In this document: in pieces, positions 39,089-52,284 of the stretch
Numbering within the stretch: the first letter of the stretch is position 1
Layout of the letters: the number at the start of each line of letters is the position of its first letter
DNA from: the human T2T-CHM13v2.0 reference genome, Homo sapiens
DNA length: 64,000 bases
Assembly: GCF_009914755.1 (NCBI RefSeq)
Contig: NC_060927.1
Strand: one strand, 5' to 3'
The notes under the pieces: generated by a model
Seen by the model: the letters and a program-made list of their open reading frames with translations, nothing else
The model's database searches: none
Told to the model about the DNA's origin: nothing
Translations under genes and position numbers: made by a program

Positions 39089-39954
39089 AGGTACAGTATC
39101 AGACATGTTCAAGTTTTTTCTTGAAGCCAAGAGCTTCTGACTTTTTACTGATGCCTATACTCTCTTTGTAAATTAGCACCTCCAGCACAGCCCTCTTCCA
39201 AGAACAGCCACCTCACTACTTCCCTTTCTCTGTGCCAGGGGGGAACAGGGCTGTACATCTTGGCCCATAACTTTAGAAAGATGGCTGACTTCACCAAAGG
39301 GCTCCTCATGCTCCAGAGTGACCTCCCTAAATGAAGCAGCAATCTCTCACCAGCTCCTCTACCACCTTTCTGTGTTTCTCTGAGACAAAAGACCATGAAA
39401 AATGTGGGAACCAGGACTGTGCTTTAAACTGTCAGCTTCAGAAGAGCCATCATCTTCCTGGAGCTAGCAGAGACTAAATTCGGGGAGAATGTATGTGCTC
39501 CCTCTCCGGGAGATGGAGTGGAGCAGATGGCCTATTAGCTAGAAAGGAGTTTCATTAGCATCAGCTAAAAACAACTACAAAGACGCAGCTCTGCTTACAA
39601 CTACTTGCAGCTTCCAGGGGATACTTACTCATTTGGGTATGAAAAGAACAATTGCGTGTCTCATGCTTTGTTATCCCTGGGTTGGTAAGGTGGAAAACAA
39701 AAGGCAGTTTGCACTGCTTTATATTTGTATTATACTCCATGTTTATAAAGTTATTTTCATCTGCTCCGTGGGAGTGTTCTCTTTGCCATCCCCTTATCAC
39801 AGGAAAGATGGCTTACCTTTTTACATTTCTTAAGCCTAGCAAGATTAGAATTTGCGTCATGTGATTTGCTTAGTGCATTGAGGGGTTAATTTCACAAGGC
39901 CAAACATTTGAATAACTGCAAAATGAAATTCACACACCTGGCACAATGAGACTA

Positions 39955-40240
39955 CATTGAGTAATGCATCGTGACTCTAGATTTGGAATTAGACCAACAG
40001 GGTATGGATGATGAGCTGCTAACATGTGATGTTTAGGAAGTGGCTAGGCTTTTCTAAACCTGTGTCCTTGCCTGTATACGGGGAATGGCAGTATCTGCCC
40101 TGCACAGTCTATAGGATTGTTGTGAAGGTTCCATTGAGAAGGCTGAGCTCCTTGTCTTGTTTATTCCTCTGCATTGAGCTTGTTCCCTGGTATGTAAGAA
40201 AAATTCAACAAATGAATGTTGAATGAAAGAATGAATTAAT
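39955..40240 (+). mobile_element. MIR relic plus L2 tail
   Basis: gatttggaattagacc...tgtgatgtttaggaagtggctaggcttttctaaacctg...ataggattgttgtgaaggtt; aattcaacaaatgaatgttgaatgaa. Confidence 0.6.
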
Positions 40241-40749
40241 GAGTAATGGTTACTTTTTTCCTCACTGCACTTTTAAGTCTTATTCCTAGCATATACAGAA
40301 GTTTGTAATTATAGATTTAGCTGTTTGGTTTGTGAAGTTATTTGTTAATATTTTGATTAATATTTTATGTAATATTTTGATGCCTACTTAACTCTAAAAT
40401 GGCATATGATAAAGTAACAGTAATGATAATGCTATTTTAACACCAATTATCTAAAATCTAGATAATTAAAATAGATGCTAAAAGATGTAGATCCCCCACC
40501 ATGTTCCAGTTAGATGTTTGTCATAATATAGACCCAGAACAATTCATGCCTTTTTTCCCATCATATCACACAGTTTTCTGTGCACTATCAAATATGTAAA
40601 GAAGCTTTCCTGAGGTTCAGAAGATAATGGTGATAACAGAGTAACTGTGAGGAGATATGACTTAATACTTTTGGGTGATCATGGGGAAGGAAGGAGTGGC
40701 ATTATTTCTTTTTGACATGAAGGTAGAAGTTCTAGCTTTTTATATATTT

Positions 40750-41610
40750 AAAAATATTTACTGAGCACATACCATGCCAGGCACCATGCTAGGTGCTGGG
40801 GAGAGAATGATGAACAATATAGACATTCTTGCCTCTGTAATGCATGGAGTCTAGTGGGAGGATAAATATTAAGCAAATATCGGCATAAAGAAGTGTATTC
40901 ACAAATTATGGTAACAAGCTAGGAAGGATATCTAAACAGTACATTATAATTGGGAGAGAGAACAGAAATTATAATTGGGAGAGAGATTTAGATTAGGGGA
41001 CAGAGAGAGCTTCTGTGAGAGAGTGGAATAAGCCGAGACCTAAGCTGACATCTAAAGGGTGAATAGGCATAGCCAGGTGAAGAGGAGGGAGAAGAGCATT
41101 GCAGGCAGGCAGAAACTGCAAAGACCCTGAGGTGGCCCAGGGGCATGCCTGCAGCCCAGAAAGCAGATGACAGTGGTGGAGGTAAGTCTGGAGAGGTGGG
41201 CAGGACCAGGCGATGTGGAGCTTTGTAGGCAAAATGAAAGGTCTGACATTTTATCTTAACTGTAATGAAAAGCTATTGAATGATTTACAACAAAGAATAA
41301 GATTTACATTTTTCAAAGATCAATGTTGTTCAATGTATGGAGGATAAATTGGAGTCAAGTAAGTGACCAATCAAGAGGCTATTGCTGTAAATTAGACAAG
41401 GGATTATGGTGTTTTGGGTGAGAGAAGTGGAGGTGGAGAAAATGAAGGAATTCAAAATGTATTTTGGATGAAGCATTTCCATGACTGTTGAGGAATTGGG
41501 CATTTTGGGGTTGAAGGAGATGGTTCATGCTTGAGCAATTGGCTGGTTGGAGGAGCTGTTTGCTGAAATGGGGACCATTGAAGGAGAAGCAGAATTTGAT
41601 GGGAAGATTT
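40750..41610 (-). mobile_element. L2 LINE fragment (long)
   Basis: aaatatttactgagcacataccatgccaggcaccatgctaggtgctggggaga...gcaaagaccctgaggtgg...gcttgagcaattggctggttggagg. Confidence 0.8.
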
Positions 41611-42046
41611 AAAAATATGAACTCAGGATATCCTTTCTTTAATATTTAGAAATATATCAGGATTGTTTTTCTGATTCAACTTTCCATATTTTCTAAGCAG
41701 CTGCAGAATATATTGAGAAGGGAAATGAAATTTACATTTGTAATCCTCATGTTTTGATTTTTAAAAACAAACTTGTCATTGGCTATGTTATGTTCCTTAG
41801 TAGCTATCATGCAGATCTTGAGACAGATAGAATATATTAACCGCCACACATTCATTTTGCGGAGCTATGTCAAGAGAAGTATGGAGAAACCGGTTGCACT
41901 TTATAATAAAAGCAAGTCTACTTGGCATTGTGTGACAGAGATGTTGGTTAGATTTCTCAGATTGTAGGATATAAAGGGCAATTAGAGTGGAAATCTCTAT
42001 TTACCTCTCCAGAGTGGAAGGGAGATCATTAAGAGTCATTCATATT

Positions 42047-42134
42047 GGGAGGTGGAGCTTGCAGTGAGCCGAGATCATGCCACTGCACTCTAGCCTGGGG
42101 GACAGAGTGAGACTCGGTCTCAAAAAAAAAAAAA
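42047..42134 (+). mobile_element. Severely 5'-truncated AluY-type insertion (~90 bp)
   Basis: gggaggtggagcttgcagtgagccgagatc...ggtctc(A)15; 16-bp TSD aagagtcattcatatt (42031-42046) / aagagtcgttcatatt (42135-42150). Confidence 0.92.
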
Positions 42135-42558
42135 AAGAGTCGTTCATATTAGAAACTTTTTTCCCAGTGGGAGGAAAGGTGGAAGGCCTATTAAGTGTGC
42201 AAACCTGCCAGTTTTTTCAAGTCTCTGTTGAGATTTCACTGATTTTTCCATACTTGGCAGCATTAGGCAAATGCCAATGGGCCCCGTTCACATAAGGTTA
42301 TGGTGCTTATCTCTTAGTGTTTAAAGAGGCTGTAAGACCCTTTCAAATTCTACTAATGTGTTTATTTTGGCACAGAATGGTTTAATTTCTAGACCTATAG
42401 GCCAATGCTTATTTACTTGGTAGAGATAACATATATACTCTTACATTTCATAGATAATTTAAAAAGATTTTATTTGAATAAAAATTATCTAACTCTATAG
42501 TTGGAGTGAAGTGATGGATTCAAAGGATATCTTAAACAGAATCATGTAGTTTAACTTA

Positions 42559-43001
42559 TGTACTAGTCAGGGTTCTTTAGAGGGACAGAACTAATAGGAT
42601 AGATGTATATATAAAGGGGATTTTATTAAGGAGTATTGACTCACACAATACTGAAGTCCCACAACAGGCTATCTGCAAGCTGAGAAGCAAGGACGCCAGT
42701 CCAATTCCCAAAGCTGAAGACCTTGGAGTCTGATGTTGAGGGTGGGAAGCATCCAGCATGGGAGAAAGACGTAGGCTGGGAGGCTAAGCCAGTCTAGTCT
42801 TTTCACGTTCTGCCTGTTTTTATTCTGGCTGTGCTGGCAGCTGATTAGATTGTGCCCACTCAGATTGAGGGTGGGTCTGCCTTTCCCAGTCCACTGACTC
42901 AAATGTTAATCTCCTTTGGCAACAACCTTACAGACACACCCAGGAATAATACTTTGCATCCTTCAATCCAATTGAGTTGACACTCAATATTAACCATCAC
43001 A
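42559..43001 (-). mobile_element. MLT2A (HERV-L) solo LTR, MLT2A1-like
   Basis: tgtactagtcagggttctttagagggacagaactaatagga...gttgacactcaatattaaccatcaca; tg...ca ends; 5-bp TSD actta/accta. Confidence 0.9.
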
Positions 43002-43699
43002 ACCTATTTGCTCTAATTGGTAATCTGTATCAAATGACATCAAAACACATTGCTAATCATACATTGAAGTGTCAAAATTGGACACCAGTCACCAGCAGCT
43101 CCACAATCATCATACTTTGGATGATTTGGCAGGTGTATATCAGGTTGCCTGTTTATGAATTGTACATCAAACACATAGGTAAAAAATATCAAGTTTATGA
43201 TCTATTCTTCACTTGCTATTTATGAAATGTAAAAGTTAAATCATTGTTCAAAATTTCATTAACTTAATATCTAGTAGGAGGATGTTGAGAATGTCATGCA
43301 CATTTAAAATTATTTAACATGAAAATCCATCTGTGTTACTGTTTACTTAAAAAAGCTTTGCCTAGTTCCTTGGCTGTTAGAGATTAAGCTTTATTTTCCA
43401 TGTCAAACTTAATCACAAAATATGGTGTGTATACTCAATACATGTTCTTATGAAGGATACTGAGTGCCCCTTGATCAGTTAATTATCTTTGAAACCCTCC
43501 TCCATGGAAATGAGAAATTTCAGATATGTAAAAGCCCACTTAAATAGTAAGGTTGGATAGAGGAGACGAAAGTGTAGTTGTGAGACATAGGCCAAGGTAA
43601 AAAATAGTTTTGCAATTAACCAGATTTTTTACTGGGAGTAAGCACAGGTCATTCTATTTGGAAATGACAGACAATATTCGTTTTATTTATTGTTACCTA

Positions 43700-44133
43700 G
43701 ATGTATTCATTTTATAGAGATGCTTTTACAAAGTACCACAAACTGGGCTTAAAACAACAGAAATGTATTCTGTCACATTTCTGTAGTCCAAAAGTCATAA
43801 TCAAGGCAGGTTTGATTCCTTCCTGAAAATTCTGAAATACAAAATTCCTTCCTTAACTTCTTCAGCTTCTGATGGCTCCAGGTGTCCCTTGATTTGTGGC
43901 AGCATCACTCCAATTTCTGCCTCCGTCTTCATGTGGTTTCTCCTCTTATGTGTCTTCTTTTTTTTTCTTTTTTACAGAACACTTGTCATTGAGTTTAGAG
44001 ATCATGTGGTTAATCCAAGATGATCACATATTGAGACCTTCATTTAATTACATCTAGAAAGATTATTTTTCCAAATACGGTCATATTCACAGCTAAGAGG
44101 GGGTTCAGACTTGGAGATATTCAACCCACTACA
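43700..44133 (-). mobile_element. MLT1B/C/D-like MaLR solo LTR
   Basis: acaaagtaccacaaactgggcttaaaacaacagaaatgtattctgtcaca...gtggcagcatcactccaatttctgcctccgtcttca...attcaacccactaca. Confidence 0.8.
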
Positions 44134-44134
44134 A

Positions 44135-44310
44135 TTAGGAACACTGTATAAATGTTAATTTTCTGTTTTTGATAATTGTACTATGGTTGTCAAAGATGCT
44201 GATATTAGAGAAACCATATGTGTTTCACAACTTACTGGAAAGTCTAAAACAACAGTAATAATAGTCTAAAATAGTAGTAACAATATTACCTCAAAATGAA
44301 GTTTTTAAAA
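44135..44310 (+). mobile_element. L1M 3'-terminal fragment
   Basis: aatgttaattttctgtttttgataattgtactatggttgtcaaagatgctgatattagagaaac. Confidence 0.55.
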
Positions 44311-45115
44311 AAGAAAACAAGTTCCTTAAATAAGGCTTTCTAAACTTACTGAATTCAAATTTCCATGGGAGAGGATGGGCAAATTTAATAAGTTCTCCAG
44401 ATGATCATTGTATAGAATCAGAAATTATAATTCCCCTCTTAGAGAAAAGGAATGCAAAATGAAATAAGTCTCTTTTCTCACCCAGTATTGGTTAAAGGAT
44501 AATTATGGGTCACAGTTCAGTATATGGCTATTACACATGAAAGTCTGGGTGCTGCTCCTGCTGGTTTGCATGGTGGCCCTGGGTTCCAAGAGGTTGTCCA
44601 AGGCTAGCACTTCAACATTGCAATGCATTTGAGCTTAACAACTCCTTTATAAACTTTCATCATTTTTGCAGTACTGGAATCCACTCCACAATCTCTTGTA
44701 TAAAGACTTCTGTTTACTTCATTTTATGTCATGGTCATTGATTGTATTTGAGATGGGTTTTCAAACATTACAGAGGGAAGTGTAATTTTACTTCATTTTA
44801 GTTGCTAAAGGGTAATTTTCATTTAAATGCTTTACATTGCTGCCTGTCTGATACGTAGTCCTTTAACAATCTGATTCACTAATTATTGTGATGACTGCTT
44901 CTGCAAATTTACTAGTTGGAAAGTGAAAAAGTTTAAGACTTAACTAGCTGTTTTGTGGACTTGACATCAACACAATATTGATGTTTTCATTTGGGATAAC
45001 TAAATTTCTTTATGTCAATTGGCTGGTGGTTGTGTCTATAAGCTAAAGTTCAATCTACTCTAAAGGTGTGTACCATTTAAGTCCCTTGCTGTAACTTGTC
45101 ACAAAAGCCTATCTG

Positions 45116-45683
<568 letters not shown>

Positions 45684-47325
45684 TTAGTTTGGAGCCAGCA
45701 TCTTGCAAGTGAGGAAATACATGGGGCTAGAATAATAAAGATGAAGGGAGTCTAGGAGACACAAGGAGAGAGAGGGAGAGAAATTAGGGCAAAAGAGAGC
45801 AGGAAAGAGGGGAATCTTCCCAAATCTGCCAAGGTATTCTTACTGGGAGTACTGAGATAAACTCAAGACTTTAAACTGTATTAGTATTTGGCCCCTACTC
45901 TTAAATTTCAGCCATAAATTCATTGCTTACTTATATATTTAATCTATTTGATTATTCCTAATATCCCAGCTTCACATGTAGTTGTCAGTAACGAAGTTAG
46001 ATCCCATGTGTGGCGAAAACCAGAAGGCTTCGTAATGCTCCTACGAGTACTCAAGTTCTAATCTTTAATCCTGAACTCTAACACAGATTGTAAGTAACAG
46101 AATATTTTACTCACACACAATACACTTATGTTATGCCTTCTTCCCTAAATATCTATGAAGCTCAGAGTTGGCAGCATCAAAGTCCCCCCCGGCCTCCGTA
46201 AGACACAGCCTACGATAACTATTAAGGCTTTCTGGGATGTCTGTCCAAAATTTCACTTTTTATGCCTGTTACAAAGTGATGACATGTATTCATTTATGAT
46301 TGAAGTTGAATTATGTTAACAATTTGGCTATAAATATTGGCTTCTGTAAAAATAATTACTTTCATATTTTGAGTCAATCACCTCAAATAAACTTATTTTT
46401 CTATTTATTCCTTCCTATAGTACTTCTCTCCTCTTCGCTTCCTGTCACAGTACCCTGAGTGTGGTAGTTAATAAATAAGTGCTTAGGAAAAAAAAAGTGT
46501 TTGGTAACAAAAGTTTTTCAAACTTTCACCTACTACAGAAGGGCATGCTTTTAGGGGGGCAGCAAGTAATTTGCCTTTAGATATAATTCAACAAACACTA
46601 TGTACGTATTACATTCTATATATTGTCCTAGTAAGGGAGATGAATATTGGTACAGGGCTGTCACCAACCATGGTCCCACTGGTAGGTCTCTAGTCTGTTC
46701 AGTTAGTTCCCTCTCTCCACTCCCTAGCAGAGGGATTTCCTGGAGTGTGGGGAAGTTTGATGGAATAAGAACCAAGTAATGTCTGGTGGTAAGGGGAGAA
46801 ACCTGTGGTTTTAGGCAGTCAGGGTGATCTATACTCGCAGAGATGGGGTGAAGGGAAGAAGGGAGGGGAAAGGAGTATTGTCTCTGGTACTGAAGAGGGA
46901 TCAGATGGCACAGGCCCAGAGTGCAGGAGATAGGAAGCTCTCCTTGAAGATGAAAGCTGATTGATCAAAGGCAAGGATTCAGTTCTGACATGGCTCCCAT
47001 CACTTCTCAGGCTTCAGGGGTACCATCTCTTTTTCCTTTCTTCTCCTTACTTGCTCCTTTTTTTCCTAGTCCTCCCTAGAGTCTCACCCTTCCCTCCCTT
47101 CTGTATTCTGCCACATACATTATCCTCTGTTCTCTTTGTTCATAATAGAACTTATTGGCAAGACATCTATCCCCCATTTCCCCCCAAAGTTTCTTGATGT
47201 CAGGAAGAAAATCTTCAAACACCCCCAAATAGTGAGGGAATATATATTTTCTTTCATTTTTTCACTGCAGTAAAAGAGTGGAAGAAAACAGAGCATTTCC
47301 ATTTCCATAGGAAAACAGCACATTG

Positions 47326-47328
<3 letters not shown>

Positions 47329-47366
<38 letters not shown>
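47329..47366. repeat. (CA)19 microsatellite
   Basis: Uninterrupted CA run. Confidence 0.95.
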
Positions 47367-47368
<2 letters not shown>

Positions 47369-47369
47369 T

Positions 47370-47690
47370 GATCATGAGATGAAGCCACGTGAGCTTTAGT
47401 AGAGGCATATAGAAAAGTCCATGAGAGCAAAGGGAAGAAAGCCAAGGGCAAGCACAGCCTTCCCAGTGGAAGTGATGCTGGAGCTGAGCCTTGGAAGATG
47501 TGTGGGATATCTGGAAGGGAATGCCAGTGGGAAGGGTGTCCAGGGAGTTGTAAGAGCTTTGGGCAGCCTGGGGCAGGCTCAGTGGCAGAATGGTGGGCAA
47601 TGAGGTGGGCAGCTGAGGCAGCCCTGGATTGGAGTCAGCTCTGTAAGATTTGCTAATGAGTTGGGCCTTGACCTTCCAGGTGATGGAAAA
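47370..47690 (-). mobile_element. L2 fragment
   Basis: ccttcccagtggaagtgatgctggagctgagccttggaagatgtgtggga...gagttgggccttgaccttccaggtgatgg. Confidence 0.55.
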
Positions 47691-49439
47691 CTATTACCTA
47701 AAACTCAGAGTCACCTCTTCCTGTCCTCTCTCTAAATGAGTCTAGACATTAATAGCATTCTGCAGCCTCACAGTAAATATGGGATTATCCTGCCAACTTG
47801 GGCCCACCCCAGGAAGCCAGTGAGAAGCTATCATTTAGTAAGTGATCCATAGGTTTAGCATTCCTTTTCCTATTCCTCCTCCTCCTATTCCTCCCAGCCT
47901 GTCTAGGTAATCAATACTTATATATCAACAGAGAGCTAAAAGAAAGGAAGATAAATTATAGTTGAGTAAGATGGAGTCTTCAGATTCATAGACGCCTTAG
48001 AGGAAGAAGCAAGGTCTAATCAGCATTTCTTATCTTGGCTTTGGCTCCAGTGATGAATGAAAATGGATTGATGGACACAGGTGACAGGCCTGCCACTCCC
48101 AGAGTGAAGAGCTCTTGGCATCCACTCACAGCCGTCTCATACCCATCCACTCACTTTCCAGGAAAACAGAAACAAGGAGTTGGTTTCACTTTTTTCCTTT
48201 GTTTGCTTCTTGCTGTCAAGTAATAAAAGCCTCATTTTAAAAAAGAATTAAATAATTATCACTTGTCATGTTATGCTGGTCAAAATAATAAATTTAAATC
48301 CAAAAATAGTTCTTAAGACTTAAGTAATCCATTTAGAAGTAAACGAAAAAGGTTAAAATTTACCAGGAGAGACATATAAACATTCAAGTTTTACCCTTTT
48401 CAGATATCACCTGGGGGAATATTTGTCCTTTCAGGTCTCACTTTATCTACACAATTTTCATCTTTAAACCTCCCTGGAGCCTCTCAGGCTGACCTGGTGT
48501 ATTTACTGTGGTGAAGATTCTGTAAATCTCCTCCACTGATGGGTACAGCCAGCCATGGCCTGGATGAGTTATTATGTATGTGAGAGTTGAAAATCAGCTA
48601 CTTACTTGAAGGGCAAAGATGCTGGGAGTTACCTGAGGGCATTTTGAGAATGGTAAGTGTCTGTAATTGTGACTTCAAAAAGGACATTACATCTAATTAA
48701 AAGCAGTGGGCATTACTTGGGATTTCATTTAGAATTCTGCTTGACATTACATTTAGAAAGTTTACCAGGATGATTGAATCTGGGTGAGGGGAGAGATGCC
48801 TCTGGATCCTGTATTTTTAAGGGAAAATCCATCTGCTTCCATTTTAGTAATTCCTATACTTTCCCCAGTAGAATTTTTTCAGAACTTTCCCTCTCCTTCT
48901 GTCCATTTCTTCTCTCAGTGGCTGGGGGACCAGGTGTTGTCAGTGACAGGGTGGAGACAGTTGGGTTGTCAGAGTCATTGCTGTAATTGAAGGTGGTAGG
49001 ATAAGAAGCCTAGAAGTAAACAGAATTGTTGCCATTTCCTTTTCTTTTTCCATTTCCTTTTCCTCTCCTCCCCTCCTCCCTTCCTCCCTTCCTCTCCTTT
49101 CCTGTTTCTCAACTTCAAGAAAAACATTCTTCAAACTGACTAACACAGACCTGTCTCATAATTTATGTAGATTTGATAATGGTTTTGTGGTACTGGGAAA
49201 TCGAAGTTCATAGACTACATTCAGTTTTTTTCCTAAGCGTTGTAGGATATTGCTCAGGGGGTGTCATTACAGGCGTAATCCTCATTCGGAATTCTACCAT
49301 CTTAGAATCTTATATGCCCAGGCATATAAGAGATTTGGATAAGTTGAGATTTGGATTCATGAGTTTTGAATGGGAAGCCTGGAAATCTGATTTTTAGGCG
49401 ACATTTCTGGTGATTATTTTTAATGAAATGTTTATTATT

Positions 49440-50985
49440 ATTTGTTAGTTGCTTATTCAACTTTATTTTTATACAGAAATTTTCAAGTAGCCACAAAACC
49501 AAAATTAAGTAATAAACTTCCATATACCCATCACCCAGTTTCAGCAATTATCAGTATCTTTTTGTTTCATTTATTTTCCAATTAAATTTTTTTCCTTATA
49601 TATTTTAAAGTGAATCCAGGCACAGGTTATTTCATGAGTAAATATTTAAATATGTTTCTCTAACAGCCCTTCTTGTTTTTACATAATCACTATGGCATGT
49701 CACATCGAATGAAATAAATAATTCTGTAATATCAATTAATATTCAGTTATATTCAAATTTCCTTGATTATTTCAAAAACATCTTTCTTTGGCTGGTTTGT
49801 TTACATCTACCCACCCAAGGGCCATACGTTGCACTTTAATGCTGTGCCTCTTAAATCTCTGTATTCTATAATTTTCTTTATGGCATTGAAATGTAGAGAG
49901 ACCAGACCTTTTCCAACTTTAAAGAGCGTATGAGTTGCCTGTGGAAGTTGTTTAAATGTAGATTCTGACTGAGTAGATTTGGGATAGGGCCTGAGATTCT
50001 ACATTTCTAACAAGCTTTCAGCTGATGCTAAAGCTTCGGGGGTTGGGGAGGCAGAGGACCAAATTTTGAGTAGAAAGTTGCTATGAATGTTTCACATTCT
50101 GGATTTGGCTGATTCCATCCTTTGGTGTAGAATTTGTTCTTCTAACCCCTATAGTACCTATAAATGAGAATTAGACAAAGAGACTTGAGAGGATTGTTTC
50201 AATTGTAAAAAATTTGACATGGATTTTCTAAATACGTGGAGTTATCTACTTATTGCATCATATAATAAGACATATAATGACCTGTTATTGTTATAGGAGC
50301 AAGAGGTTCATATGCGCGCTCTGCAGTAACAGACTTATTACACTGAGACTGCAGGGTTTGTAACAGAGAAAGAGTTTAATGATCGCAGGGCACTGATCGA
50401 GGAGATGGGAGGAGACTCTCAAATCTATTTCCCCCATGAGTTCTGGGCTGAGATTTTTTTAGGGAATCATGGAGGCTGAGGGGATGGAAAATTGGGGTTG
50501 TTGATTGATAAGGGATAAATCATCGGGATGTGGAAACTGCATTCTTTGAGTCAGCTCCTTGTGGGCCCTTCAGACCAGCTGGCATCAGTAGAGTCCTTCA
50601 GATCAGAAGGCAAGTCAGTGGGGTTCTTTCTCCCAGCTGAGTCAGTAGTTTTATTGGTATGCAGGACCTGAAGGAATATTTCCAAGGGAAAACTTAATGT
50701 TTCATAATGTTCAACTTGTTATCAATAGAACAATTAAGGAGAACTATAGTAACAGGGTATGCATGATTCTAGAACAATAGGCATCAAACAACTATGAGGG
50801 CACAGGCAGGAACCTGACTTAATGATTAATGCTGAATATGCTGCAAGCTTGGTTTATTTTTGTTTCGTCCCCTCGTTTCTTCTCTGATTACTTTTGTAAA
50901 GTTTATAGCGGGTGGTTTTATTATTTGATTTTTAGAAATGCCAAAATTGACCAGTGGGTTGAGATGCCAGGTGATTCTGATTCAA
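49440..50985 (-). mobile_element. L1MC-class 3' region interrupted by MER5A (~49905-50080) and an ERV1 LTR
   Basis: tttattttatacagaaattttcaag...catataccccatcacccagtttcagcaatta; cacattctggatttggctgattccatcc; resumes tgccaaaattgaccagtggg after the LTR; MER5A gtagattctgactgagtagatttgggatagggcctgagattctacatttctaacaagc. Confidence 0.65.
50289..50920 (-). mobile_element. ERV1 (MER4-group, MER31/MER39-like) solo LTR
   Basis: tgttataggagcaagaggttc...cagagaaagagtttaatgatcgcaggg...gctgcaagcttggtttattttt...ggtggtttta; 4-bp TSD ttat (50285-50288 / 50921-50924), the length expected for ERV1. Confidence 0.8.
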
Positions 50986-51039
50986 TAATTCTGTAAATAA
51001 TATTATGAGAAAACTTAAGAATAACCTTCTGGTTAAAAA

Positions 51040-51280
51040 TGGTAGTAATAGGTAATGTTCATCAAGTACTTAATGTGTCAGGCACTATTTTTAAGTATTT
51101 AAAGGTATTAAATTACTTAGTTCTAATAGCAACCCTAGGAGGTAGATACTGCTGTCAGTTCTCTATTTTAAAATTGGGAAACTGAGTCTTAGATAAGTTA
51201 ACTAATTTGCTCAAGATCACACAGCCAGTAACTGGCAAAGCACAATGCTAACCCATGCAGTTTGAGGCTATTTAATGCAA
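51040..51280 (-). mobile_element. MIR SINE
   Basis: aagtacttaatgtgtcaggcacta...agcaaccctaggaggtagatact...gggaaactgagtcttagataagttaactaatttgctcaagatcacacagccagta. Confidence 0.8.
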
Positions 51281-51544
51281 TTAAACCCGAAAAGCCCTGA
51301 GGATGAGGTAACCATCATTTATACCACCTGGTCTGACCACTTGACTCATCCATATTCCTCAAGCTAGTATCAATTTGTACACCTTCATATAAACAGATTG
51401 TCTTTCAGAGTAGATTTTAGTAGGTGGGGAGGAGAAAGATGGCTGTAAAGTTGGAAGTAAGGAAAAAATATGGAGTAACTAAGAAGGAGGATAGGAGAAG
51501 GGAGAGAAAATGGGGACACAGTGTTAGGGAAGGTAGGACTTGGT

Positions 51545-52284
51545 CGGGTCTACCTAATTCAAATCAATTGATAGCTCTAACCATGCCCTGACCTTCTACG
51601 TAAGTTAGCCAACTGCAAAGTTAGATGGAATACAGCCACATAAGAACACCCTCACTTCTGGAAGTAGAGGGAGTTCCAAAACCAGTCTCGTGTTTGATAA
51701 TTTTCTAGAGGAACTCACAGAACTCACTGAATCCATACTCATGTTTATGGTTATTATAGAGAATGGTTACAGATTAGGATGAACCAAGGGAAGAGATGGA
51801 TAGGGCAAAGTCCAGGAGTCCCAAACGTGACTTTTGGTGTATCTACTCATCCTTTCCCCATAGAGTCAGTGGGTAATACTCTTCTGGTATCAATGTGTGA
51901 CTATATACCAGGAGTAGGGAAGCTCACCTGAACCTCAGTGTTTGGGGTTTTTATTGGGTCTCCATGCTATAATGATTGATTCAGTCATCAATACATGGTT
52001 GACTGCTCAGAGAGGCTGATCTCAGTCTCCAATCTCCAGCCTTTCTGGAGGTTGACTGATAATAACTAACACCAAGCCCCCATCCTAAATCATATTGTTA
52101 CTACCTGCTGTGGCCAGCCTCCTCCCCACAACACATTGCTAGGCTATCCAGTGTGAACTAAGGCCAAGGAGAAAAAAGACACTCTCATCAGACATGGTCT
52201 TCTAAGGGCTTAGAGACTATATCCCAGAAACTGAGGACAAAGGCCAGACCTCTTTTTGGATAAGGTTAAATTCTTTACTCCACA
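51545..52284 (-). mobile_element. MER21-family LTR
   Basis: tttgataattttctagaggaactcacagaactcactgaa...ggccagacctctttttggataaggttaaattctttactccaca. Confidence 0.75.

Noticed and set aside
45990-46075. Firm NUMT (COX2) call
   Set aside because: Only short patches resemble my recollection of COX2; spacing and reading frame are inconsistent, so it is kept only as a hypothesis in the CpG finding
50545-50650. Short imperfect repeats (ccttcagaccagctggcatcagtag-like) as a novel array or CRISPR
   Set aside because: They lie within the ERV1 LTR, number only about three degenerate units, have no constant repeat-spacer structure, and the context is eukaryotic
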